Shown: in pieces, positions 12,702 to 25,385 of the stretch | How the letters are laid out: every line of letters begins with the position of its first letter | How positions within the stretch are numbered: the stretch's first letter is position 1 | DNA from: Octopus sinensis | Lineage: Eukaryota | Reading direction: 5' to 3' | DNA: 64,000 nucleotides | NCBI RefSeq assembly: GCF_006345805.1 | Contig: NC_043000.1 | Span: 65,596,001-65,660,000 of the forward strand | Notes under the pieces: model-generated | Databases searched by the model: none | The model's input: only the letters and a program-made list of their open reading frames with translations | Told to the model about the DNA's origin: nothing | Made by a program: the position numbers and the translations under genes

Positions 12702-15150
12702 CTAGCTGGTAATTCCCGGGGGGTAAAGATGTTCTATTGAAACGCCTTATTACTCTGATATAAGAAAGCAATTACGTTATAACTGCCACAAAATGTGTAT
12801 TTTCCGTCGTGAAAAAGTACAAAAAACTGTCAGCTGGAGGAGGGAGAGATTGTTGGAGGTTGGCGAGAGAGGTTTTCGGAGGTTGGCGAGAAAGATTGTC
12901 GGAGGTTGCCGAGAGAGGTTGTCGGAGGTTGTTGAGAGAGGTTTTCATAGGTTGGCGAGAGAGGTTGTCAGAGGTTGGCAAGAGAGGTTGTTAGAGGTTG
13001 CCGAGAGAGGTTGTCGGAGGTTGTCGAGAGAGGTTTTCGGAGGTTGGCGAGGGAGGTTATCGTAGAATGGCGAGAGAGGCTGTCGGAGGGAGAGTCATCT
13101 TTGCTCCAAAATTTCAGTCTTGCAGGGCTTCATGATACGCAATGTTTTTGGTTTTGCATAGATGAATAAATTTTCTGGATTTCCAACTCTAGAGCTTCCG
13201 ACATAGAGCTGTCCATGAGAAATGTATGAATGAAGTCTTTAAGGCTTAAGATTCAAATCAAGGAAGTGCAATAATAATGTTTAGCAGTTCAAAACTGTGA
13301 GTAGTGAAATGCAGAATTAGGTCAGCTGATCGTGAGAATCAAATATTGATCGCTTCGCTAAAAACTGCAGGTGGTATAGACTATTTCCCTTGGGTTATAT
13401 AAATAAAATATTGGTAATATGTAGTAGATAGAAGGATCCATTGGAGGCGCGGGCTCTATTATCGTTTTTTTTTCAACAATCTAAGTATGTCACGAGTTTC
13501 CAGACATGAGTTCTACTCACGTGTCAAATAAAGTATAAAAGTGATATTGCCTGCAAAAATTAGAAATTAGACACACACAAAAATCAATATTCAAAGTAAT
13601 CGAACATAAACAATGAAACCTGTAAAATATTTCTAAATTCGATGGCTCAATTAGTTTCATGAAAATGTTGTATGAACTGTAAATAAGCAATAAATATTAT
13701 GATTTGTAAAATAAGTATAAGTAATACAAGGTGTCCCAACTGAATGTGGTGTGGAAGTTTAGTTTCCTTTTTTAAGAATCTTAAGCATTCAAAGTGTTAG
13801 TTCATTGTATTGGGACACATTTATTAAATACGTTCTGGAATCAAAAATTTATGTTTTGTCATCGAAAAATTTTAACTGGAAAAACGCAGAATTATCAGAG
13901 TTAAGGGCATTATCAAGAAAGTGCAATAATGTTTAGCAGTTGAGAACTGTGGATAGTGAAATACAGAATTAAGTCCGCTGATCGAGAGAATCTAATACTG
14001 ATCGCTTCGGTAAAAACTGCAGGTGCTGTGGGTTATTTGCCTTGAGTATTTAAAAAATATTGTGCAGGTGCTATGGGTTATTTCCCTTGAGTGTTTAAAG
14101 AATATTAATTATGTGAGGTAGATATAAAGATCCCTTCCAGGATTATTGATTTTTTAACAATCTAAGTTTTCACTAGTTTTCTAGACATGAGTTCTACTCA
14201 CGTGTCAAGTTACATCAAAATCAATAAAACGATGTAGGAGGAGTTAGCTAACAACGCCACAAATAAACAGACACCGATTTTCCACATATGTAGTAAAATA
14301 GCTGACATACCCCGTAATTCCCGGGAAAGCAGGGCTTATCCCTTGGTTCCGTTCACATAATTGTTTCGCTAATCCAGTAACAACAATACCGAACTGTCTT
14401 ACACAGGATCTTGTTTTTAGGAATTCCAAATAAGTTATGAATATCTAAATTGTGAAGCCGATTATGTAATAACATGAAATTAATTACCCGAAAGTAAGAA
14501 TTCAAATAAAGTAGCCCCGAAAAGGGCTTTAATACGTTGCCAGTATATATAGAACTTAGGAGTAAATGCTAATAAGTTATGTATACTAAAGGCTAATCAG
14601 ATATGAGATAATAACAATTCAAAGTAAATAACTCAGAAAAAAGCTTTGTGCGTTCGCAGAGAATATTACCTTCAGCGGCGCTAGTGTTGGTATATTCGTG
14701 AATAAGTTACTAACCGAAATAAGTGGATCTATTGTTTAGGAAAATACTATTTACTTGCTTAAGCGTTGAACTGGATAAATTGAGAAAATAACTCTAATAA
14801 TTCAAACACTAAGAAATAAGCATACTCAATTTGATTTATACGAAATAATTTACAAAGATGAGTGGGTTATTTCATTTGGCTATATATACGGATCCCTTTC
14901 AGGAGCGAATGGGTTATTTCCCTTGGATGCTTAAAAATAATATATTAGTTATATGTAGTAGATATAAGAATCCCTTCCAGGGGCCCTATTATCGATTTTT
15001 TTATTCAACAATCTAAGTATTCACTAGTTTTCCAGACATGAGTTCTACTCAAGAGTCAAGCTTCATCAAAATCGATAAAATGATGTAGGAGATAGATAAC
15101 AAGGCCACAAACAAACACACCCACAGATTTCCACATATGTAGTATATGAT
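12701..15150 (+). mobile_element. Cluster of non-autonomous Helitron/Helentron-like (DINE-type) element segments, partially tandem
   Basis: ACTAGCTG..CCCGGG start. The block GGTTATTTCCCTT..CAACAATCTAAGT..CAGACATGAGTTCTACTC occurs three times (about 13370-13530, 14030-14210, 14900-15060). CATCAAAATC..GATGTAGGAG..GATTTCCACATATGTAGTA ends at 14295 and 15142. Family assignment is by resemblance only. Confidence 0.6.
12858..13087. repeat. 23-bp minisatellite, about 10 copies (consensus GGTTGGCGAGAGAGGTTGTCGGA)
   Basis: Direct tandem units. Explains the overlapping repetitive ORFs at 12772-13169. Confidence 0.92.
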
Positions 15151-16989
15151 TTTATTGTAGGCTAGTTCAAATATATTTAGTTAATAGTTTAATATGATAT
15201 TTAAAAGTAATTATATCTTTAAAAAATAATTTCATAGCTGGAAATAACCTAAATTTAAAAAAAAAGCAACGTACAACTCTGAAAAGGGCAGCAAAATGTT
15301 CTACCTTTAGACAATTGTGGGGCAACCACCTTCTAACTGAATCGAGACACTTGGACTGTTTTGTCAAACGAAAACTATAGTCTCTTGGTTGCTTTCTAAA
15401 AAATAGATGCTACAAACAGAATTGAAAATACTAAACATGAAAAAAAAATCATGCCACTTGTTTACTTTATTGAAAAGGAAGTGTAAAAATTAAATCTTTG
15501 CTAATATATCTGAATTAGCATACTAAATCGATTAATCCTTAAATATTTCCAACATTACTGCCTTGTTTCTAAGTTAGCAAACTGTCCACTGTGTCGATTT
15601 TATTTAGTGTTGCTTCGGGCAAATAATAATCTTTGCAACGTTTATCGTGTTGTTTCAGGCCATATTTTACAGAGAGAATAGCCCCAAGCGTTCGAAGTTA
15701 CAACATATTTCTCGATTTTGTTTTGATAATATTCACGCTTGTGAATAATCTTTCTACTTTAGCATTTGAATTAATAAATATTAAGAGAACAGCAAATGCA
15801 ACATCTCAAAAGGAATTTCCTTCACTCGCATGCTTGTAATAACAAAATATTTCAGTAAAAGTTTTTTCAGTCCTGATAGTATTGGATCGTTTAAGCAAAT
15901 GAAATATATTGAAATATGATATGATTGCTGTATAATTATGGCTTAGTTAATGGGTTTTAAAAGAATAATTAGTTCTTTGTCTCAAAATATTTTCACTGAA
16001 AATTATTTAATGCTTTTCATTGTTAAAATTTTCTGGTAATCGCTGTTTGAACTGTTTGTACAGGTAAAGAACATTTTCAAATTTTTTCCTGAGTTTTTAT
16101 TTTTTACTTCAACTGTTATTTTCCTGAGCATCATTTCTAGTATTTTTATCTCGAACTCGTAACCAACAATAAAGATTGGATTCAAAAATTCTTCAATATT
16201 AGAATTAGGATCAAGAGGATCTATTTTATTCATTGGCCAATCAACTATAACTGTCATTGCCTACGAACATTGTCTGGTTATGTATACCATGGTTTCGTTA
16301 ATTATTTTTAGATGTCAATGCAATCCCAAGCAGATATAGACAATCACTTGCACCGCCTGTCCTTGATTCAATGGAACATCGATAATATGACAGCCAAAGA
16401 GAGAGAGGGGGTGAGCAGCACCAGCATTCGGCTGGCATTCATTTTAGCTGAATAGATTGGAGCTACGTCAAGTACTTTATTAAAAGACTCAACGCGCAGA
16501 CTGTAGCGATACAAGGATATGTATAACGGATTTTATCAAATGGGAAAGCTCTGTAAATATCTTAGTTTTATCCACTGTGTTTGACTTGAAAACTTTATTA
16601 CTATCGTCTTGAAAGTGCTTCAAATCTAAACATAATTTTTTTGTGTAAACAAAGTATATTTTAAAAATCGCATTGCATTTCCAAGAGCAGCTGAGCAGTA
16701 AAACGAATTTTGGATTCATAATTTTATAGTGAGTTTGTATTTCAAGCCACAAGTTTTTAAGCTCCCTCAGCAACAAATTCAGTAGGTATGCATTTAGATG
16801 TGCAATTGTTTACATTCTTCTGTCATTCTTTGTTATTAATAAGCATGGTAACAACCCGTTATAAGTATTTGTGTAGTTGAAGAAGGATAAAAAAATACCA
16901 TTTTAAGTTTTTAGAAAGACATTCAACACAGATATAGGATACTACTAAAAGTAAAAAACCACTGTCACTCCCACCCACTTCCACACACA

Positions 16990-17440
16990 AACACATTTTA
17001 TTTTTATGGCCATAAAGGCCTTACACAAAGGGGACAGCACATGGTGGGGACAAAAAAAAAACGAATAAAATGAAAGAAATTATACGATGAAAGATGAAAT
17101 GAAGTCACTCGGCCCCATCTCCAAGCGACTTCATTGAATCTGTAGCAACACAATTTGCATTATCCTTTGTAATAGCCAATTTGGTATATCGTTTAATCAC
17201 AATTATTTATACAATAGTTAATCCGTCTCTTTTTCCAATATTTCTATATATTTTTTTAAATGTCCACGTACCTTATTTTTTCGGCATTGTGCTAGTGTCT
17301 ATTTTTTGGACTACCATTCACAGTCACAGTTCTCTATATAACTATGCACTTTCCACAGGTTGTCCAGGTCCGTCAGCACACAATAATCGTTCTCAGGCCA
17401 ACCCCTTACACCTGATGTATCCACCTTGATTGTTCTGTCC
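16990..17440 (-). mobile_element. Possible degenerate LINE 3' end
   Basis: Minus strand ends ..GTCCCCTTTGTGTAAGGCCTTTATGGCCATAAAAATAAA. It lies downstream, on the same strand, of the ORF1-like fragment at 17944-18400. No clean protein motif. Confidence 0.3.
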
Positions 17441-17451
17441 CACGAATTTAC

Positions 17452-17765
17452 GGATCTTTTCACTTTGACCGGCTGATTTTTAAAATAATTTCTTTGTAAC
17501 TAAACACTTTTAAACTTCGTGTGTTATATAAAACAGCTTTTTCTCTTGGCTTTCTTGAGAAAATTCTGTAGTTTGTAAGCTATTTGTTGTTTAATTTCTT
17601 GCATTTCGGCAATTTCAACCAATCAATGACGTCTATTGAGGTGAATACAATTTCTGCCAAGAGAAAAAGATGTTTTATGTAACACACTACCAGTATACGA
17701 AGTTTAAAAGTGTTTAGTTACAAAGAAATTATTTTAAAAATCTGCCGGTCAAAATGAAAAGATCC
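17452..17765. mobile_element. MITE, 314 bp, about 70-bp TIRs, 8-bp TSD GAATTTAC
   Basis: GGATCTTTTCACTTTGACCGG..CTTCGT is the reverse complement of ACGAAG..CCGGTCAAAATGAAAAGATCC. GAATTTAC occurs at 17444-17451 and 17766-17773. Confidence 0.9.
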
Positions 17766-17943
17766 GAATTTACTTCTTTATCCAGTCCCTCAATCTGTCC
17801 ATTGTACATTAAAACGAATTTTTCATTAAAGGGCGGGGCAGGGTAGTTTTGAGGTTCCTGTGTGTTTGCCATAGTTTTTTGTCAGACTGGGCATGGGAAA
17901 GGTTGGTGTCTGTAGAGAGTGGTTGGGGTGGTGTGGGTTGGGG

Positions 17944-18400
17944 TCATCTTTTACCTTGTGTGTCCTCCTTTGCGACTTGTACCACAATTTCAAGAGTTTG
18001 TCCTTTCAAATGCCTGTGGGTTGTTCTGTTGGCCTGCAGGACCACCACCTTCTCTTCCATTCCCAGCAGTATGACAGCCACCAGCCAGGCCACAGTCAAT
18101 TCTGGTAGTATGCATTCAACCCGAACTCTGGAAGTACGTCTCCCAATGTACACGGGTAGAAGTGCTACCTCATCTGTCTACAGCGGTGTGGCCGAGTACA
18201 GTCTGGCAGTTGCTATATCCTTAAACTGCACCTCTACCGTTCCATATTTTCGTCCCCTGGCAAGGCATACTATCTTCTGCCAGACTGATCTCAGTGCCTG
18301 TTTCACCTGTGCTTCTGACACCACTTCAATTTACCTTGTTGCAGTGGCGTAAGTTCTGTATAAATTGTTCTTTCTTTCTTGTCCTTTAATACTTTGGGTG
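17944..18400 (-). pseudogene. LINE ORF1 (gag/RRM-like) fragment
   Basis: QVKQALRSVWQKIVCLARGRKYGTVEVQFKDIATARLYS..LLPVYIGRRTSRVRVECILPELTVAWLVAVIL. One in-frame stop. Resembles the ORF1 of Tx1/L1-like elements. Confidence 0.55.
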
Positions 18401-19235
18401 GAGGGTGGAGGACACCTTCACCTCGTTTACAGTGTAAATGTCGTCCGTTGTTGAGTAAGGGATTCGGGATAGTCTTCAATGAATATTAATGAATATTCTT
18501 ACTGATTGGAAACGTTAAAACAACCGGGCCCGTCGCCAGATTTTGTTGCCTGGGGGTGCTTCAGAATATTCTGGGTATGCACTAATTTGTATTGCGGTAA
18601 GATTTTTGTAAACTGTATTTACTAGATCTGAGGGTGCACCATTGAATAGTGAGGAATCAGTGCCGCCCAGTGTCCCTCCCCGTTAGAGATGGGCACGGGT
18701 ACAACTCGTGATTTTTCATACAACTCAAACAATACTACCAATAGTTCTGATGCGACCTTACTAATGTCTTCGTGTGCGTGTATAATGCTGGACACCGGGA
18801 TCACTTATATTACCGAAAATACTAAACTTTTTTAGGAGTTGATAAGAGAGCAAAAGAAATGGAATGATAAACAAAAGGTTGTATTAATGTTATTTAACTT
18901 TGTCGTGTTGTATATGTAGTGTGGTATGTAGTTTTGCATCTAATGTACTAAATGTATGTATGTGTGCTTACAGTAATGTGACGATTTTTTTTTTGTACAA
19001 AACTTGCAATCCTTTGCAAAACATTTTAATGTTAACGTTCTTCTACAATTTTCGTAACATGTAATTACTGATATTAATGTCAGTTTATTAAAAAAAAATT
19101 TGTTCCATGCTACAGTGACGACATTTAAGTTTACGATAAGGAAATTAGAACTGATGACAATATAATCAAGACTTACGAAATTGAGTTTGATAAAGGCGAA
19201 TTTGAGATGGACGTTGATGAGGTAAATAATGTCGA

Positions 19236-20882
19236 ATTTTGAGTGGGGAAACCCTATACATATATACACACGCATACACACATACATTACACACGTACAC
19301 ACACACCTACATACACATGCATACACACACACACACAAACATGCACGGACACACCCAGACATACACACATACACCTATATACACACGCCCACACACCTAC
19401 ATACACACACATATACACACGCCCACACACCTACATACACACACATACATACACACACATACACGGACACACCCATACATACTTACATACATACACCTAT
19501 ACACACACGCCCACACACCTACATACACACACATGCATACACACACACACACATGTACGCACACACACACACATATACGCACATACATATATACCCACAC
19601 ACATGCACACACACACACACATACGCACATGCATGCATGCATGCATGCACACGCGCACACCTACACGCATACACACACACACACGCACGTACACATACAT
19701 ACATACACACACGCATACATGCACCCATACACATACATGCATCCTACACACACATGCATACACACTCACACATACATACACACACACACTCACTCACACA
19801 CCTGTATGTACGCGCACACACATGCACATACACACACTTCCCCACACCCACACGTACATACATACACACTCACACACATACACACACACACACACACGGA
19901 CATACATCTATGCACACACATACATACACACATACTCACATACATTCATCGGACACACTGCCACCCGGACATACACACAGACACACTCACACATCCACAC
20001 ACATACATACTTACGCACATACTCGCAGGCTCGCGCACGCACGCGCTTGCGCCGGTTCGTGTACGCATACGCTCCGCAGGCACCTCGCTCTTGGAACCGA
20101 CAAGACCTCCCGCCCGTTCCTGGGACCGTCGCGTGTCGTTGGGTTTTCCCACGCCCGCCTCCGCGGGACCACTCTTCCATCTTCCCCTCAGCTGGAGTCC
20201 TTTTTCCTTACCCCCCCCTTTTTTCGTTACACACGCGCGCACACATATACACACATTGCTTAAATATATACATTACTCTTACACACATTCAATCTACTCG
20301 CCATTTATACCACCACGACACTGGACACACACATACACTACTACTCAACAAACGCTGGCACGCTACATACGCCCCCACCCCTTCCCCTCCCTCCCTTCCT
20401 CCTTCCTTCTTTTTCTTACTACTGACCTTTGTCTGCTAAGCTGACCACTATCTCGCCCTACCTCACACGCCTACACACAGACGCACACACTAACACACAC
20501 ATATATATTTTTTTTGTTTTTTCATCTCGCCTCACACACACACATACACACACGCACACGCACACACTCACACATACACACACATCTGTTGCGTTACCAA
20601 CCTTGTCTCCACTCTTTTGCCTTTAAAAACCCACTTTGCTCTGTTTTCGTAAACATCCGCCTTTCACCATGTGCAACTCGTAAACACCAGTCGTCTTTTT
20701 TCTCTTTCCCTGTTGCCCGCTCTGGGATCTTTCTTTCTCTCTCTTCCTTCTTTATGTTTCCGACGAAGAGCTCCGCTCGAAACGTCATACCTCCCTGCTT
20801 CCTTTTCCTGAGCGCCTATTAATAATAATACTGTAATTGTTCCATTGTTGTTGTTTTTTTGTTTCCCGTTTGGATTAAAATT
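19236..20882 (+). mobile_element. Penelope-like element 3' region: long CA-rich low-complexity tract, GC-rich core and terminal repeat with hammerhead motif (20756-20790)
   Basis: Paralogous to 27032-28240 (minus). Ends in GGATTA followed by (TA)n. Contains CCGACGA-A-GAGC-UCC-GCUC-GAAA-CG-UC. Confidence 0.7.
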
Positions 20883-20903
20883 ATATATATATATATATAT
20901 ATA

Positions 20904-22155
20904 CAAAAAGCAATAAAGATTCAAGTTAATTTAAATGAATTTACTTGAATATGGTACCTAATTTAGATGCACCAAAAAAAAACTATACTGTTTTAACAAT
21001 ACAGTAATGTGGGGTGATTATAAGCGAGAAAGAAGCAACAAGAATGGATAGGTTTTTAGTACAATCGTTTCATACAAGGACAGGCTTTATTAAAAGTTGC
21101 AAAAATTACAGCATATAACGTGTCCCGTACTCATCAGCTAAAATACATGTGAGTTCTCTAGACATCCTAGTGGTTGAGGCTATACTCATGAAGTAATGTA
21201 GATAATTAAGTAACATAAACAGATTTCCAAAGTTCATTAAAGTTCTTTAAAGATGATGTACAGTCTTATCACAGAATTTTAAAAAAGTTTTAATAGCATC
21301 ACAGAGAAGGTGACCTAATCCATAGTGCACATATGAATTTCCAGAGATATGATGAGGGATTACATACTCACAGAAGACAAATTTATCCATTGTTAATCAC
21401 AACGAGGTGGGTCTCAATTCCTGCTTATTAGCATTACAGAGAGGGTGAATTAATCCTTTGTATAGATGCACAATTTCCAATGGTGTAGATGTAAATTTCC
21501 AGAGAAATGAAGAGGAATTTCATATTCACAGGCGATAAATTTATCAATGGTTGAACACAATGAGGTAGGTATCAATTCTTGTTATATGATTAGGTATTTG
21601 CCACATTAATCACATTACTGCTATTCCTCTTCATTTCTCTTCATTCCTCTTCATTCCTCTAATTCCTCTTCATTTCTCTGGAAATTTACATCTACACCAT
21701 TGGAAATTGTGCATCTATACAAAGGATTAATTCACCCTCTCTGTAATGCTAATAAGCAGGAATTGAGACCCACCTCGTTGTGATTAACAATGGATAAATT
21801 TGTCTTCTGTGAGTATGTAATCCCTCATCATATCTCTGGAAATTCATATGTGCACTATGGATTAGGTCACCTTCTCTGTGATGCTATTAAAACTTTTTTA
21901 AAATTCTGTGATAAGACTGTACATCATCTTTAAAGAACTTTAATGAACTTTGGAAATATGTTTATGTTACTTAATTATCTACATTACTTCATGAGTATAG
22001 CCTCAACCACTAGGATGTCTAGAGAACTCACATGTATTTTAGCTGATGAGTACGGGACACGTTTATATGCTGTAATTTTTGCAACTTTTAATAAAGCCTG
22101 TCCTTGTATGAAACGATTGTACTAAAAACCTATCCATTCTTGTTGCTTCTTTCTC

Positions 22156-22156
<1 letters not shown>
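20904..22156 (-). mobile_element. Fold-back Penelope-like element: about 495-bp arms (21025-21519 and 21661-22156), 141-bp spacer, 121-nt tail (20904-21024), flanked by (TA)n
   Basis: Arms are near-identical reverse complements. Same family as 38771-39747. Confidence 0.85.
22037..22127 (+). ncRNA. Type I hammerhead ribozyme motif (mirror copy 21054-21143 on minus)
   Basis: UUUUAG-CUGAUGA-GUACGGGAC...GUCCUUGUAU-GAAA-CGAUUG-UA-CUAAAA. Confidence 0.82.
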
Positions 22157-22215
<59 letters not shown>

Positions 22216-22769
22216 GTATGTATATATAAGACACACACAAAGACATAAGCACTCATACACCACACAACAATTTCTCATAAGGCATGCGCATACACACAAA
22301 GATATATAATGATAAACTGCTAAAATCTTTTTTTAATGAGCGAGTTTTCCTACTAAATGCTAGATTCAAAATATTCCTGCTAATTAGCCTTGAAAAAATG
22401 CTAGTTCTACCTTTAACATTGCTAAATTGCCATCACTGCTTCACACTACACATAATAATTTCACTTTTCCTTCAGCACTCAATTTATTTTTTATATATTA
22501 TTTTTTTTTTTTTTACATTTCCTTTACATTCATCTATAATGGTCGTTCAACTTGTTACGAATAGCAACACAATCTCTCTAACAATTCTTTAAGATTAAAT
22601 TGCTTCTTTTCCACCTCCATTTTAAACATTTCCTGAGACAATCTCTGATATGAGCTTGCACCTGTACACAAGAAATAGGTTAGACTAAGAATTTACTAGT
22701 GTTCCAAGCACGACTTCTTATAAAAACTACCCTCTTGAATGTTAAACATAATCCTATAATCTTTTAACT

Positions 22770-23145
22770 TTTGCTTGTTTCAGTCAGTTGACTGCGGCCA
22801 TGCTGGGGCACCGCCTTGAAGACCTTTTAGTCGAACAAATCGACCCCCAGTGCTTTTTTTAAGCTTGTTGCTTATTCTTTCCATTTCCTTTGCCGAACTA
22901 AGTTACAGGAACGTAAACACAACACCACTTGCCAAGCGGTGGGGAGGGGCGAACACAGACAGAAAGCCACCATACACACACACATTTATATATACACACA
23001 CACGACGGGCTTCTTTCAGTTTCCACTTACAAGATTTTGGTCGGCTTGTGGCTATAGTAAAAGACACTTGCCCTAGGTGTCACGCAGTAAAACTGAACAT
23101 CATGTGGTTGGGAAGAAAGCTTCTTACTACACAACCATGTCTGCG
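22770..23145 (-). mobile_element. SINE family B
   Basis: Reverse complement of the family B consensus. Confidence 0.85.
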
Positions 23146-23494
23146 TCTAATGTTTAGAATCCTAAATCATATACCCAGTCTTAAACACCGACATTTGATT
23201 GAATTCTTCTGTCTGTAAGCTTCCTTTCTGCTTTTTATCCTTTCCTACCAATTTTCCTTTAAATTTCGTAACATCTTTACTTGTAGCTATAGTATGTGGT
23301 ACCAACTTAAAGCGAACGTGTAAAGCAGGATAGATTTCGGTGACGTGCGAAAATATACTTGTACCCTTATGCTTTACTTTCCACGATTAGACGGTGTAAA
23401 ATATTTCTTCTTTTTCATATTTTGCTTTTCCTTGTCAAGCATAATTTTTTACCACGAAGAAACTATTTTGGTAATGGTTACAAATTTTATCGTG

Positions 23495-23710
23495 GAGGCG
23501 CGTGGCTTAGTGGTTAGGGTGTTGAACACATGATCGTATGGTTGTGGTTTCGATTCCTGAACCGGGCGATGTGTTGTGTTCTTGAGCAAAACACTTCATT
23601 TTCATGTTGCTCCATTCCACTCAGCTGGCAAAAATGAATAATCCGGCGTCCCACCCAGGTGGGGAATTTCTACACCACTGAAACCTTATGAGCCTGGCAT
23701 GGCTTGAGAA
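23495..23710 (+). mobile_element. tRNA-derived SINE (family C)
   Basis: GGCGCGTGGCTTAGTGGTTAG (A-box), GGTTTCGATTCC (B-box), then a non-tRNA body TGTGTTCTTGAGCAAAACACTT. Confidence 0.75.
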
Positions 23711-24100
23711 GGAACATTTATTTTTATAAATTTTATAAACCATATCTTAAAATTTATTTTAATCATATAATTTCCTGAAATATCAGTTCGCTTTAGTTTA
23801 CCAAATGACACGCGCAAATGCCTTTGGCATTTCCCTCATACTGTTTTATAATTACTTCTGTTTTTTTTCGTTTTTTTTTTTCGCGTTTGCCCATCTCCTT
23901 ATATGAGCCCAAATTAATGTCATATTTATAATTCAACACATTTATAATTCAACACATTTCTCTACGTTTTCGAAACGCTTTAATTTCGTATCGGTATAAT
24001 TCTTTACGCAGTTCAGGTTTAGTTAATTTATTTAAAAGTTTTTTTTTGTTTTTAACTCTTTAAAACAACATATGAAGTCAGTGGACGGGAAATAGTCGCG

Positions 24101-24193
<93 letters not shown>

Positions 24194-24279
24194 AATGAAA
24201 ATCACAATTTAGTTAGCAGTTAGAAAAATAGTGCATTTCATTTAAGACATATAAATAACAAAGTATGATTGTGTGTTTA

Positions 24280-24570
24280 AGAAGATCGCTTTGCAACCAT
24301 GTGATTTCGGATTAAGTCCCACTACGCGGCAACTTTGGGCAAGTGTCTTCTACTATATCCCCGGCTGACCAATGCTTTGTGAGTGAATTTGGAAGACGGA
24401 AACTGTGTTGGAGCCCGTAGTGTATGCATGTATATATATTTATCCTTCACTACTAAATAGCCGTTGTTGGTTTTTTGCAAGAGAACGACAGAAAAAGTAT
24501 AAAGCTTTAAAAAAATGTCCTGCAAGACGGTGCCACAACATGGTCCCAGTCCAGTGAAACAAATAAAACA
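24280..24570 (+). mobile_element. SINE family B (diverged)
   Basis: TTGGGCAAGTGTCTTCTACTAT..GGTGCCACAACATGG. Confidence 0.75.
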
Positions 24571-24620
24571 TAAATATCTTAAGTCACATATTACCTGTCA
24601 GTACATACGAAAGAACTATA

Positions 24621-24681
<61 letters not shown>

Positions 24682-24701
24682 TATATATATTAATATATAT
24701 A

Positions 24702-24733
<32 letters not shown>

Positions 24734-24734
24734 G

Positions 24735-24955
24735 TATAAAGTTAATCCAAACATGAAAACACAAAGAGAAAACACAACAACACGAGGACGTGAAACAAGT
24801 ATAGTGTTATTGGACGCTCAGGAAAGGAAAGAAAGAAGGAGGATTTAACGTTTCGAGCGGAGCTCTTCGTCAGAAACATAGGAAAAGGAAAGATCCAAGG
24901 AAGGGAAGACGGAGGAAAAAAATTGCCAACGGTACACATGCGGTCACATTTTGAT
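24735..24955 (-). mobile_element. Solo Penelope-type terminal repeat with minimal hammerhead (24843-24877)
   Basis: Minus: GUUU-CUGACGA-A-GAGC-UCC-GCUC-GAAA-CG-UU-AAAU. Same family as 36780-36980. The 3' end abuts (TA)n. Confidence 0.75.
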
Positions 24956-25314
24956 GTATGTATGTATGTATGTATGTATGTATGTATGTATGTATGTATG
25001 TATGTATGTATGTATGTATGCATGCATGTATGTATGTGTGTATGTATATGTATATAATTTAGAGAAAAACCTCTATTAAACAATTCAATAATGAAAGATG
25101 TTATTCACAGCATATAGAAAACATATACTATAAAAACTTTATAATAAAAATCAATAAAGTACAAAAATAATAAATAGTAAATAGTAGTAAAAAGAGTACG
25201 CGGGTTTCGTGGGTATATTTTCAAATAGATAATAATAATAAAATCAATTCGATTTAAAATTAAATCGATCTAAAATTAATTCTATTTAAAAATATAGTCA
25301 CTCATCAGGTCTAA

Positions 25315-25317
<3 letters not shown>

Positions 25318-25375
<58 letters not shown>

Positions 25376-25385
25376 TAATAATAGA
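25318..25385. repeat. (AAT)n microsatellite
   Basis: Direct repeat. Confidence 0.95.

Noticed and set aside
12858-13087. Regularly spaced repeats as a possible CRISPR-like array
   Set aside because: The units are contiguous 23-mers without unique spacers, there are no cas genes, and the context is eukaryotic.
19229-20444. 344-401 aa His/Thr-rich ORFs in all three frames
   Set aside because: CA-rich low-complexity DNA lacks stop codons in every frame. It is part of a repeat also present at 27-28 kb.
21943-22125. 60-aa ORF MNF(G/R)N.FML.. recurring at 21943, 38803 and 39414
   Set aside because: Recurrence reflects repeat identity of the palindromic arms. It overlaps the hammerhead motif and has no protein motif.
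23495-23565. tRNA-like sequence (also 62420-62492 on minus)
   Set aside because: A and B boxes are present, but there is no complete cloverleaf and the sequence runs into a SINE body. These are SINE heads, not tRNA genes.
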